From: Klebsormidium nitens
Lineage: Eukaryota > Plantae > Klebsormidiophyceae
Direction of reading: 5' to 3'
DNA length: 37,595 nt
NCBI GenBank assembly: GCA_000708835.1
Contig: DF237681.1
Location: 1-37,595 of the forward strand
Under the pieces are notes generated by a model. It saw only the letters and a program-made list of their open reading frames with translations, did no database searches and had not been told where the DNA came from. The position numbers and the translations under genes were made by a program. Numbering within the stretch: the first letter of the stretch is position 1; every line of letters starts with the position of its first letter. Shown piece after piece: positions 20,785 to 30,337 of this stretch.

Positions 20785-21799
20785 TGGTGAATGCACAATG
20801 GCTCAGTCAATGGGAACACTGCCAGTGGTGAGCTTACGCGAGTTGTAACTGTTTGTCTCGATCCGTTACTTCACATGACCGCTAGCTGAAGTGGTATGGG
20901 ACACTCCCTCGTGCGATATTTCTCGGTAATATCGCACTTAATGTTTCATCCTCCACCTCTCTGTCCGGCCCACTCTACCCCCCGTTTCATCGGTTTCCTC
21001 CGCCTCTTTATATTCACNNNNNNNNNNNNNNNNNNNNNNNNNNNNNNNNNNNNNNNNNNNNNNNNNNNNNNNNNNNNNNNNNNNNNNNNNNNNNNNNNNN
21101 NNNNNNNNNNNNNNNNNNNNNNNNNNNNNNNNNNNNNNNNNNNNNNNNNNNNNNNNNNNNNNNNNNNNNNNNNNNNNNNNNNNNNNNNNNNNNNNNNNNN
21201 NNNNNNNNNNNNNNNNNNNNNNNNNNNNNNNNNNNNNNNNNNNNNNNNNNNNNNNNNNNNNNNNNNNNNNNNNNNNNNNNNNNNNNNNNNNNNNNNNNNN
21301 NNNNNNNNNNNNNNNNNNNNNNNNNNNNNNNNNNNNNNNNNNNNNNNNNNNNNNNNNNNNNNNNNNNNNNNNNNNNNNNNNNNNNNNNNNNNNNNNNNNN
21401 NNNNNNNNNNNNNNNNNNNNNNNNNNNNNNNNNNNNNNNNNNNNNNNNNNNNNNNNNNNNNNNNNNNNNNNNNNNNNNNNNNNNNNNNNNNNNNNNNNNN
21501 NNNNNNNNNNNNNNNNNNNNNNNNNNNNNNNNNNNNNNNNNNNNNNNNNNNNNNNNNNNNNNNNNNNNNNNNNNNNNNNNNNNNNNGAAGAGCTCGGAAG
21601 GGGAGGTTGCGAAGCCTTCCGCTAGTGCATTGAGGCCGGAGGCTCCTGCATTCACTCCTGCAAGCAAGAGGAAGGAGCAGGTTTCGGGAGATCGGGAAAG
21701 CAAGTCTGCTATTTCTGAGGATTGGGAAAGTGTTCCTGTTTTGCCATCTGAGAGTGCTTCACTTGCACCCAGTTACAGTCAGGTTGCTGGATCTAGCTC

Positions 21800-22546
21800 T
21801 CAAACGGTTTTTGTTACTCCTGTGAGGAGAATTGTTGGATCTAATTGCGTGCTTGACTCTTGGCTTTGACATAGTGTGGATGTTGTAAGATCAGTGTCGG
21901 TTTGTGTGGATATGTCACGTGTCTGAGGTCGGTTCTGTTCCAGGGGCTTGGTTTGCTTAGTCGACTGGATGCTGAGAGAAGGCAAAGCAGCCAACGGCTG
22001 GTTCAGATCCCAATTCTGATCATCTATACGAGCACTCAAATTGGGGAGACTAGTTCGCGAGGACTCACTTGTGTCACCAGCTACTTGAGCGGGTTCTAGA
22101 AACCGGTCTTCGATTGTGAAGACTTGCATCAACGGGGACGAACGAGCAAGTGCGCGGTCAGCTTGAGTTGATCGAGGTTGAGGGTCCCTACTCTGGATCG
22201 GGTCGGTCTGGGGTGTCGCGAATCTGAACGCTTGATGAATTGGGTTCTGGTATGCTGGAGCTGATTGGGTTTGAGTGTCTTGATCGGATGACGGAATGCG
22301 ATTGACAAAGCATCGTTTGAAGTCTTTGTAAAATTGTTGCCAGTCTCGATTTTGTGGTGGCTGAAAAGGCCATTTGGTTAATAGGCCTGCGAAGCTATTC
22401 TGGGCGACTTTCAACAACTGTTTTCGGCTAATATTATAGGTACGTTTCAATAGGAGCAAACCGTTAAGCCAGATGGCTGCTTCGTTTACACTCAGTACTT
22501 CAGTGAACGGTCGGTAAGTTGGAAGCATCTCACTTGATTGGTCCAT
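21800..22546 (-). CDS. Orphan gag-like ORF (248 aa): capsid-like N-terminus plus S/T/Q/P-rich tail
   Basis: EAAIWLNGL...QLLKVAQNSFAGLLTKW...DWQQFYKDFKRCFV resembles the Ty3/gypsy gag helical pattern and parallels the gag at 30338 (AAEVWIAHL...FSEFLKMYRSEFV). No zinc knuckle or pol follows. Confidence 0.55.
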   Translation of the reverse strand: MDQSSEMLPTYRPFTEVLSVNEAAIWLNGLLLLKRTYNISRKQLLKVAQNSFAGLLTKWPFQPPQNRDWQQFYKDFKRCFVNRIPSSDQDTQTQSAPAYQNPIHQAFRFATPQTDPIQSRDPQPRSTQADRALARSSPLMQVFTIEDRFLEPAQVAGDTSESSRTSLPNLSARIDDQNWDLNQPLAALPSLSIQSTKQTKPLEQNRPQTRDISTQTDTDLTTSTLCQSQESSTQLDPTILLTGVTKTV

Positions 22547-22964
22547 GAGTCGGTGCTGCTACTTGGAGTGGGTGGTTCTGATGTGGTGGTGGAGAAGAAC
22601 GTCTGCGGCAGTAACTCGACGCTCAAGTCTAGTTGAGTTGGTGATGGGTTAAATGCAGGGAAGATGTCCCAAAACTGATCAGTCGGTTGGGTGGGATGTC
22701 GCTTTTGTGTTAGTCAAAGCTGAATATTGTGCGCACACGCGCCAAGGAATACGTCTGACAAGTCGTGTGCGGTGGTAAAGGGGACAGGGCAAAGAGTCTC
22801 CAGGGAATACGTCTGGTGAGCTCCCCACTGTACAAGCTCGGGAATTACATATTGCCCACCAGGAAACTCCGTCTGGCTAAGCTCTCAAATTTTGTCAAAC
22901 AAACGATCATCGGCCACGGTACTTGCAGCTGGGAAGTACGTCCAGCTTCAAATGTCAGAAACAG

Positions 22965-23179
22965 GCAATGGTGCCGGGATAGGACGTCCGGCGAAAGTTG
23001 AAACGCAATGGTACTGCCGGGTTAGGACGTCCGGCGCAAGGCAAAAGGCAACATGGTACTGCCGAGGTAGGACGTCCGGCGCAAGGCAAAAGGCAATGGT
23101 ACTGCCGGGGTAGGACGTCCGGCGCAAGGCAAAAGGAAATGGTACTGCCGGGGTAGGACGTCCGGCGCAGAGCAAAAAG
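22965..23179. repeat. Tandem repeat, 5 x 40-45 bp, with dyad core
   Basis: Unit approximately GCAATGGTACTGCCGGGGTAGGACGTCCGGCGCAAGGCAAAAG, starting at 22965, 23005, 23048, 23093 and 23136. Confidence 0.92.
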
Positions 23180-25565
23180 AAGTGGCATAGCAATTGGCAA
23201 AACACGCGTCTGGTAGGGCTGGGAAATGCGTCCAGCTTTAAAGTCGGGTTTGAGTGCATTAAAGGGTTTAATGTCCGGCAAGACACGTCAGGTGTGGCTG
23301 GGAATTCACATCCAGCTTAACATACAAACATGCGTGCTTACAGTGATGCCGGGAAATGACATCCGGCTAGCAAGGCAATAAAAGTCAAGGCAAGGGCAAT
23401 CCGCAAGGCATGTTAGTAGGCCTGGCTGGGGAGTCACATCCAGTGAGTAGCGCAATTGAAGTCTTGGAACAAGTTATGGCAAGGTACAGCTATATCAGCA
23501 TTGGTGGTCGGTGCAGCAGGCACAGAGGCGTGACCAATTAGTAAAGAGGCAAAAAAGAGTTGGCCAAGAAATGCCATCTGGCTTTACGTCAAGCAAAGAG
23601 CAAGTGAGCTGGGAATTACCGTCCGCCAGACGTGAAGGCTGTCACTGAGGCACTGGAGCTGGATCAGTAAACTAACTGGGTCAGATGCTTCAAAATCAGC
23701 AAGTCAGGTTTGCAAGCTCAGTCGCAAACAGGTTCAACGGGACCTGCCACCACACTTAATGGGAATCATCATAGAGCTTGATATTGGTATTCTTCGGCTT
23801 GGTCTGTCACCCCAAACCAAAGCAATATTGCAAAAGGAAAGGTCTGACCACTCGCTTCTCTCCAAAGCATACTCTGCATTTGCTCAATGGGCTCAACATT
23901 CAGCTCATGCCAGCTCAAGATATTGATGGGCAGCTCAAAGAGGACATTTGATTGGTCTTGAAGTTTCAAAATGACAGTATACTACAATCTCAGCCCTTTG
24001 GATTTGGTAAAGTAAGAAATATTCTCATCACTGTGTGGGGCCAGGCCTTGATTCAATCAGATCAGGAAACTTGAAGCAACTCACCTGATCCTCAAATCTT
24101 CAGCTCAAGCATGATACTGAGTGCATGTTGCCACCATGGTGAAGTAACTTCCCATTGGCTGCTTCACCACGTGCCACTGTTGATTGCACTGATGCTTCAT
24201 ATGCAGCAAGGAGGGCTGTGATTGGTGGTCAGTGGTTGTCATAAAATGACGTCAATTCTAGCTCGACAGCTTCCAGCTCGGTTTGCGTTATCCTGACCTT
24301 ACTAGTTCATCGTTGGTTAGAAACTAGCAAGGGATGATTATATTTGGTTTATGAATCAGAGGTTAGTTGTTGGTTCACTGTGGTCCTGGATATGGTTCAG
24401 ATGAGTGGTACTATTTCTGGTAGCCTGAGGGTGTCAGCCGGTGCTCGTTTTTTTTTTTTTTTCTTTCTTGGTGGACTAGTAATGTCAACACAACTGGGTG
24501 TTGTATCCTCGGTCTTGTGCATGGCCCATTCATGTTTCAATGTGGGCCGGTCTTTGAGTGGATGTAGGCCAGGATTGGCATGCAAAGAAGCTAATTTATC
24601 TCTGGATGATGGATTCTCTGGCAGCCGGTGGCAAGCAGTATGTGTAGGTCCTGTGCAGTGTTCAAATCTGTCGGTATTATAGTATTAGGGTTTCAAATCA
24701 CGCAAGGTCTGTGCAAAAGGCTGAAAGTGAATTGTTGACAATCTGATGATTCCGAGAAAAGGCTCTGTGGGTCCAAGGAACACTCCTTTGAGTTGACAGC
24801 CCTTATGAGGAAGAAGCCATCAGAAGCATTTCCCCGAGCATCGGCGCCAAGAAATCGCCTTGCTCGGAAACATGCTAGCTAGGTGCATGATGCAGATAGG
24901 TCATTAATGCATAACATGCAGACTGGCTGGTTAATCATGATCAGACAAGCCCACCTAATCAAAAGTTCATCAAAAGCATTCACCAAGATTTAGATAGTTG
25001 AAGCGGGTCGGTCGGCGCGCAATAAAAACAGAAAACAGTGGGTCAAGCACTTGGTGGCCGCAAGGCGCACACAAGTGGATTTTTCCTATCTCTTCCAGGA
25101 AAGAATGTTCATTTCTTCTTGTCTTTCCTCTTTTGAGCTTGTCTTTCCTATCTAGCCTATCACGGGCAGTCAGCGACCAGAAGTCATGCTGGCAACCGAC
25201 CCCGCATCTACTTAATCCTAAGTAGAATCGATTTCTTTCTCCATAGTAATGTACTGGGTACCGTATTCAGATTCTACTTTGAAGGCTACGAAGCTTCCGA
25301 GCACTTTCTACTGTTTCTAGAGTCTTCCGGACTACCGGCCACGTGTCGCTCTCCGATTTGGCGGCCTCCAGGTTGTGACGTCACCGATCTCAGCCGATTG
25401 GTTAATGTTGGTTGACGCTTTGACGGAGGTGTCGCTACCTGATTGGTTGCGGTTCACAGGGTTTACAAGTCGGTTCACAAGTCGGTGCCAGTCGGCGCGC
25501 ATACGCGCGCGCAGTGCGCTAGGTATGTAGTAGGTCTTTAAGGTTAGTAGGATTTTGAGGTAACA

Positions 25566-27114
25566 CTGTTATGTTGCAAGAGGGTCATCCTATTGCAAGT
25601 TAAACTCGGCAGAGCTTAATTACACGGTTACAGAGAAGGAGATGCTGGCTGTTGTTCATGTTTTGCGAGTGTGGCGGTGCTATCTGGAAGGAGCTCAGTT
25701 TACAGTGTTCACAGACCACGTGTCGAACACTTTCTTCCAGACGCAACCAAGTTTGTCACGGCGACAAGCACGCTGGTCAGAATTCATTCAGCGCTTTGGG
25801 GTGTTTAAGTGGGAATACCTTAAAGGCGATCGTAATGTAGCTGATGCGTTAAGCAGGGGGGATGTGACTGCCAGTCAGCTGCAGAGCGATGACTCTGATA
25901 GGGCTCAACCCTTCGGTGCAGTATTCGCTGCTGCTGGTGTAGCGACACCAAACCGAAGAATGTTCCAGAACAGAAGTGTGTCCGGCCAGACTGTTTCTGT
26001 TCGTGGTGGCCAGAGTGTTTTCAGTCCGACTTTTGACTCGAGTCCTTCCTTGCTCAAGCCCCTTATTGAAGGCAGTCGGGAGTTGTCTGATAAAGTTCAG
26101 CGAGATGCAAACTGGGCGGACTCAAACCAGTTGAGTACCACCTGGGAAGGTTTTGTAATAAAAAGGAAATCCCGAATAGTGGTCCCTGATGACGTTGAGC
26201 TGCGTAGAAAGATTATCTCTGAGTATCACGATACTTACTACGCGGGACACTATGGGATACTCAAAACCGAACAGGCAATTGGTCGTTTGTTTTGGTGGTC
26301 TTCTTTGACAGAGGATATCACCAAGTATATCTCCTGCTGTGTTTTGTGCCAAAGAGGGAAGGCCCGACGCCACAGGCCGTGTGGTGCATTGCAGCCTCTT
26401 CCCATTCCTGAGAAAGCTTGGGAGACTGTCACGTTTGACTTCATTGTCAAGTTGCCGAAGACACCTCGTGGGAACGACAATATTTGTGTCTTTGTGGATA
26501 AGCTGACAAAGATGGTGCACTTTGTAGCTTGTCGTGAAGACTTATCTGCAAAAGATTTTGCAAAGCTCTACATTGATCGGGTATGGGCTCTCCATGGCCT
26601 GAGCAAAGAGTTTATTACAGATCGTGATACACGGTTCACGAGTGCGTTTTGGAAAGGGGTGACGGAGCTTATTGGTACTAGGCACGTTATGTCCTCGTCT
26701 TTCCATCCACAAACTGACAGTCAGACAGAACGTGTGAATCAAACGCTAGAAACGTATATTCGTCATTTTGTCTCTGCGCAGCTAAATGACTGGGACACTC
26801 TGTTGTCACGAGCGGAGTTTGCCCATAACTCAGCGTTTCACTCTTCTGTAGTTCAGACACCGTTTTTCCTTGACTCCGGCTCTAACCCAAGGACTCCACC
26901 GGGTAAAAAGTTGGAGGATGTGCACCTTGCGTCTGTTGCTTTCGTTGAGCGTTGGCCGTCTGCTCTCACCTTTGCTCGCAAGTGTTTGATTGCAGCTCAA
27001 CAGAGACAGAAAGCATATGCAGACCAGCGTCGAACAGAGAAGACGTTCTCTGCGGGAGATAAGGTTCTTCTGAGTACGAAGTACCTTAACATTAAGCATG
27101 GCGAGAGGTCTCGT
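25566..27114 (+). mobile_element. Family A pol fragment: RNase H and integrase, open frame 25642-27114
   Basis: EKEMLAVVHVLRVWRCYLEG...TDH...ARW...NVADALSR (RNase H); HDTYYAGH...CVLC (zinc-binding); TFDFIVKLP, FITDRD, QTERVNQ (D,D-35-E). Begins mid-RNase H and ends at a gap. Confidence 0.95.
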
Positions 27115-27134
27115 NNNNNNNNNNNNNNNNNNNN

Positions 27135-28343
27135 CAGAGCTCTATATTGATCAGGTCTGGCGTTTGCATGGCCTGAGCAAGGAATTTATTATAGTTCGTG
27201 ATTCACGGTTCACGAGTGCGTTTTGGAAAGGGTTGAAGGAGCTTATTGGTACTAGGCACGTCATGTCCTCTTCCTTCCATCCGCAAACTGACGGTCAGAG
27301 AGAACGTGTGAATCAGACGCTGGAAACGTATCTTCGTCATTTTGTCTCTGCGCAGGTTAATGAATGGGACACTCTGTTGTCACGAGCAGAGTTTGCCCAC
27401 AACTCAGCGTTTCACTCTTCTGTAGGTCAGACACCGTTCTTTCTTAATTCCGGCTCTAACCCAAGGACTCCGGGTGAAAAGCTTGAGAATGTGCACCCTG
27501 CGTCTGTTGCTTTCGTTGAGCGTTGGCCTTCTGCTCTGACCTTTGCTCGCAAGTGTTTGATTGCAGCTCAACAGAGACAGAAAGCATATGCAGACCAGCG
27601 TCGAACAGAGAAGACGTTCTCTGCGGGAGATAAGGTTCTTCTGAGTACGAAGTATCTTAACTTTAAGCGTGGCGAGAGATCTCGCAAGCTTCTCCCCAGA
27701 TGGGTTGGTCCATTTGAAGTCGTGGGTCCCGTTGCGTATAAGCTGAAGATGAATCCAGGCTGGCGTATTCATCCTGTGTTTCACGTGTCTCTGCTTGAGC
27801 CTTACAGGTCAGACGGACGGGTAGAACCCCCACCACCGCCAATCGAATTGGAAGGTGCNNNNNNNNNNNNNNNNNNNNGATACTCTGTTGTCACAAGCGG
27901 AGTTTGCCCACAATGCGGCGTTTCACTTTTCTGTGGGTCAGACACCGTTCTTCTTAAATCACGGCTTTAACCCAAGGACTCCACCGGGTGAAAAGTTGGA
28001 GGATTTGCACCCTGCGTATGTTGCCTTCGTTGAGCGTTGGCAGTCTGCTCTCACCTTTGCTCGCAAGTGTTTGATTGCAGCTCAACAGAGACAAAGAGCG
28101 TATCCAGACCAGCGTCGAACAGAGAAAACGTTCTTTGTGGAAGATAAGGTTCTTCTGAGTACGAAGTATCTTAACATTAAGCGTGGCGAGACATCTCGCA
28201 AGCTTCTCCCGAAATGGGTTGGTCCATTTGAAGTCGAGCACGTCGTGGGTCCCGTTGCGTATAAGCTGAAGATGAATCCAGGCTGGCGTATTCATCCTGT
28301 GTTTCACGTATCTCTGCTTGAGCCTTACAGGTCAGACGGACGG
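27135..28343 (+). mobile_element. Two further partial copies of the family A integrase C-half, separated by 20-N gaps
   Basis: 27135-27858 and 27879-28343 each repeat the SRAEFAHN...NPRTP...WVGPF...HPVFHVSLLEPY segment with scattered substitutions. Confidence 0.9.
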
Positions 28344-29242
28344 AAGAAATTATTAATGGGCTTGTAAGAATTACAACTTTCCCCCCTCATCGGTTTTTCC
28401 TCCTCATTGAGGACAATGAGTCTCTATAACGATGGACTCTCATCCTCATCTTCATCTTTCCCCTTGCCTCTAATCCCNNNNNNNNNNNNNNNNNNNNNNN
28501 NNNNNNNNNNNNNNNNNNNNNNNNNNNNNNNNNNNNNNNNNNNNNNNNNNNNNNNNNNNNNNNNNNNNNNNNNNNNNNNNNNNNNNNNNNNNNNNNNNNN
28601 NNNNNNNNNNNNNNNNNNNNNNNNNNNNNNNNNNNNNNNNNNNNNNNNNNNNNNNNNNNNNNNNNNNNNNNNNNNNNNNNNNNNNNNNNNNNNNNNNNNN
28701 NNNNNNNNNNNNNNNNNNNNNNNNNNNNNNNNNNNNNNNNNNNNNNNNNNNNNNNNNNNNNNNNNNNNNNNNNNNNNNNNNNNNNNNNNNNNNNNNNNNN
28801 NNNNNNNNNNNNNNNNNNNNNNNNNNNNNNNNNNNNNNNNNNNNNNNNNNNNNNNNNNNNNNNNNNNNNNNNNNNNNNNNNNNNNNNNNNNNNNNNNNNN
28901 NNNNNNNNNNNNNNNNNNNNNNNNNNNNNNNNNNNNNNNNNNNNNNNNNNNNNNNNNNNNNNNNNNNNNNNNNNNNNNNNNNNNNNNNNNNNNNNNNNNN
29001 NNNNNNNNNNNNNNNNNNNNNNNNNNNNNNNNNNNNNNNNNNNNNNNNNNNNNNNNNNNNNNNNNNNNNNNNNNNNNNNNNNNNNNNNNNNNNNNNNNNN
29101 NNNNNNNNNAGAAATCCGGATGAAAATGAGGCGCTAAGTTCATCCCGATCTAGAGTGAATTCAGCCAAGAGAAGGATGAAGTGAGGAGGATGAGGATGAG
29201 GCGTTAAAGTTGTAATACTTACAACTCCATTACGACTTCGTG
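28344..29242. mobile_element. Second member of the 8-bp-TSD foldback-like TIR family, interior lost in the N gap
   Basis: TAATGGGCTTGTAAGAATTACAACTTT vs reverse complement of right end TAATGGAGTTGTAAGTATTACAACTTT. Ends ACTTCGTG like 5621. Flanks ACGGACGG (28336-28343) and ACGAACGG (29243-29250). It splits the integrase-chromodomain linker. Confidence 0.8.
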
Positions 29243-29489
29243 ACGAACGGGTACAACCCCCACCACCACCAATTGAATTGGAAGGTGTTCTGGAGTTTGA
29301 GGTGGATTCGATATTGGATCATCGATTCCGGGGACGACGTCATCCTCGTGCCTCTTATCTCGTATCCTGGAAGGGTTATGGTCCAGAACATAACTCGTGG
29401 GAGCCAGAGAGATATGTCGTGAACGCGCCCGAGGCTGTGGCGGATTATTGGAGACGACGCAAAGAACAACAAGAAGGGCTTGGGGCGTC
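29243..29489 (+). mobile_element. Family A chromodomain (pol C-terminus)
   Basis: LEFEVDSILDHRFRGRRHPRASYLVSWKGYGPEHNSWEPERYVVNAPEAVADYW. Confidence 0.92.
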
Positions 29490-29925
29490 TGTGACGAAAT
29501 AGAATGACCTTGCCGCGGTAGAATTCCATTCGGCGCGCGCGGTGTCGCGGCCGGCTTAGTTACGTCGATGTGCAGTCAGTAGATATTGTAAAACCCTGAA
29601 CCCTTGGCTGTCACGAGGAGTCGAGTAGGACACTCAGTGATCGGCGGTTGTAGGCTTGTGGCGGAAGGACTTGTCCGTCCTCTTTTTTCTGAAGTACGAA
29701 TTTGGAAAGTAAGGCGCTTGTCTTCTCTCTTCTCCGCATGGCTTCCTGCCATGCCTCGACTCATCTCATGCTGCATTGTCGTGGTGGTGAATGTAAGTAA
29801 TGATAGGCTAGGCATGATGGACTGAATGGTAGGCTCTTCGCTGTACCGGTGAATACGGCTGAAGTTCACTTCCGGCGGCGGTAGCGGAAGTGCATGTCTT
29901 TCCGTAGCGGCAGTGGGAGTTAATT

Positions 29926-29943
29926 TGGTGGCGAGAGTGGGAT
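29926..29943 (+). promoter_or_regulatory. 18-nt primer binding site, tRNA-Leu-like
   Basis: TGGTGGCGAGAGTGGGAT is complementary to a tRNA-type 3' end ATCCCAC-TCTCGCC-A-CCA (T-stem strand, acceptor strand, discriminator A, CCA). The isotype is inferred. Confidence 0.7.
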
Positions 29944-30337
29944 CCTCCGTGCTTTGGTACGCCAAGGCCCCAGTGGGGAGTTCCCTTTCGGATTCTGATT
30001 GCTGAGTTAGTCTTGGGACTGGTGGTGATCTACCGGAGCTGAGGTGATTGGAGCTGCGGCGGCTGTCTGCGGAAGCCATTGCGCAAACCCCTACGTCATC
30101 CAAGGAGCTGCGGGGACTGCGGAGATTGGCTGCCGCGAGGCGTGGAGCTGTCTGGCAAGGAGTGCAACCTCTTCCTCCGCTTCAGCGGATAAGGCCAATT
30201 TCTGGTGCTCCGTTTTGTTCACCTGAAGACTCACCTTCGTGTGAAGTTGTTTGGGCTTCCGGTTTAGAAGGAGCTAGAGTTGATTGGAATTGGTGGTTTA
30301 GTTTCGGAGGCAGAACGCATTCTTGCGGAATAAGATT

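Noticed and set aside
20896-21703. Long ORFs at 20896-21633 and 21014-21703 (also 28407-29168)
   Set aside because: They are artefacts of N runs translating as X.
22741-23630. CRISPR array interpretation of the dyad motifs
   Set aside because: Motifs are degenerate, spacing is irregular, five spacers are near-identical and no cas ORFs are present.
23760-24690. Possible decayed minus-strand exons, including a poly-Lys stretch
   Set aside because: Poly-Lys comes from a T homopolymer; frames are short and broken and nothing is recognisable.
25208-25227. Hairpin TCTACTTA/TAAGTAGA as a Helitron 3' end
   Set aside because: AT-rich stem and no CTRR terminus at the expected distance.
29576-30103. 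175-aa antisense ORF in the family C LTR/5' UTR
   Set aside because: Low-complexity S/T/P-rich, no motif; cannot be supported without other copies.
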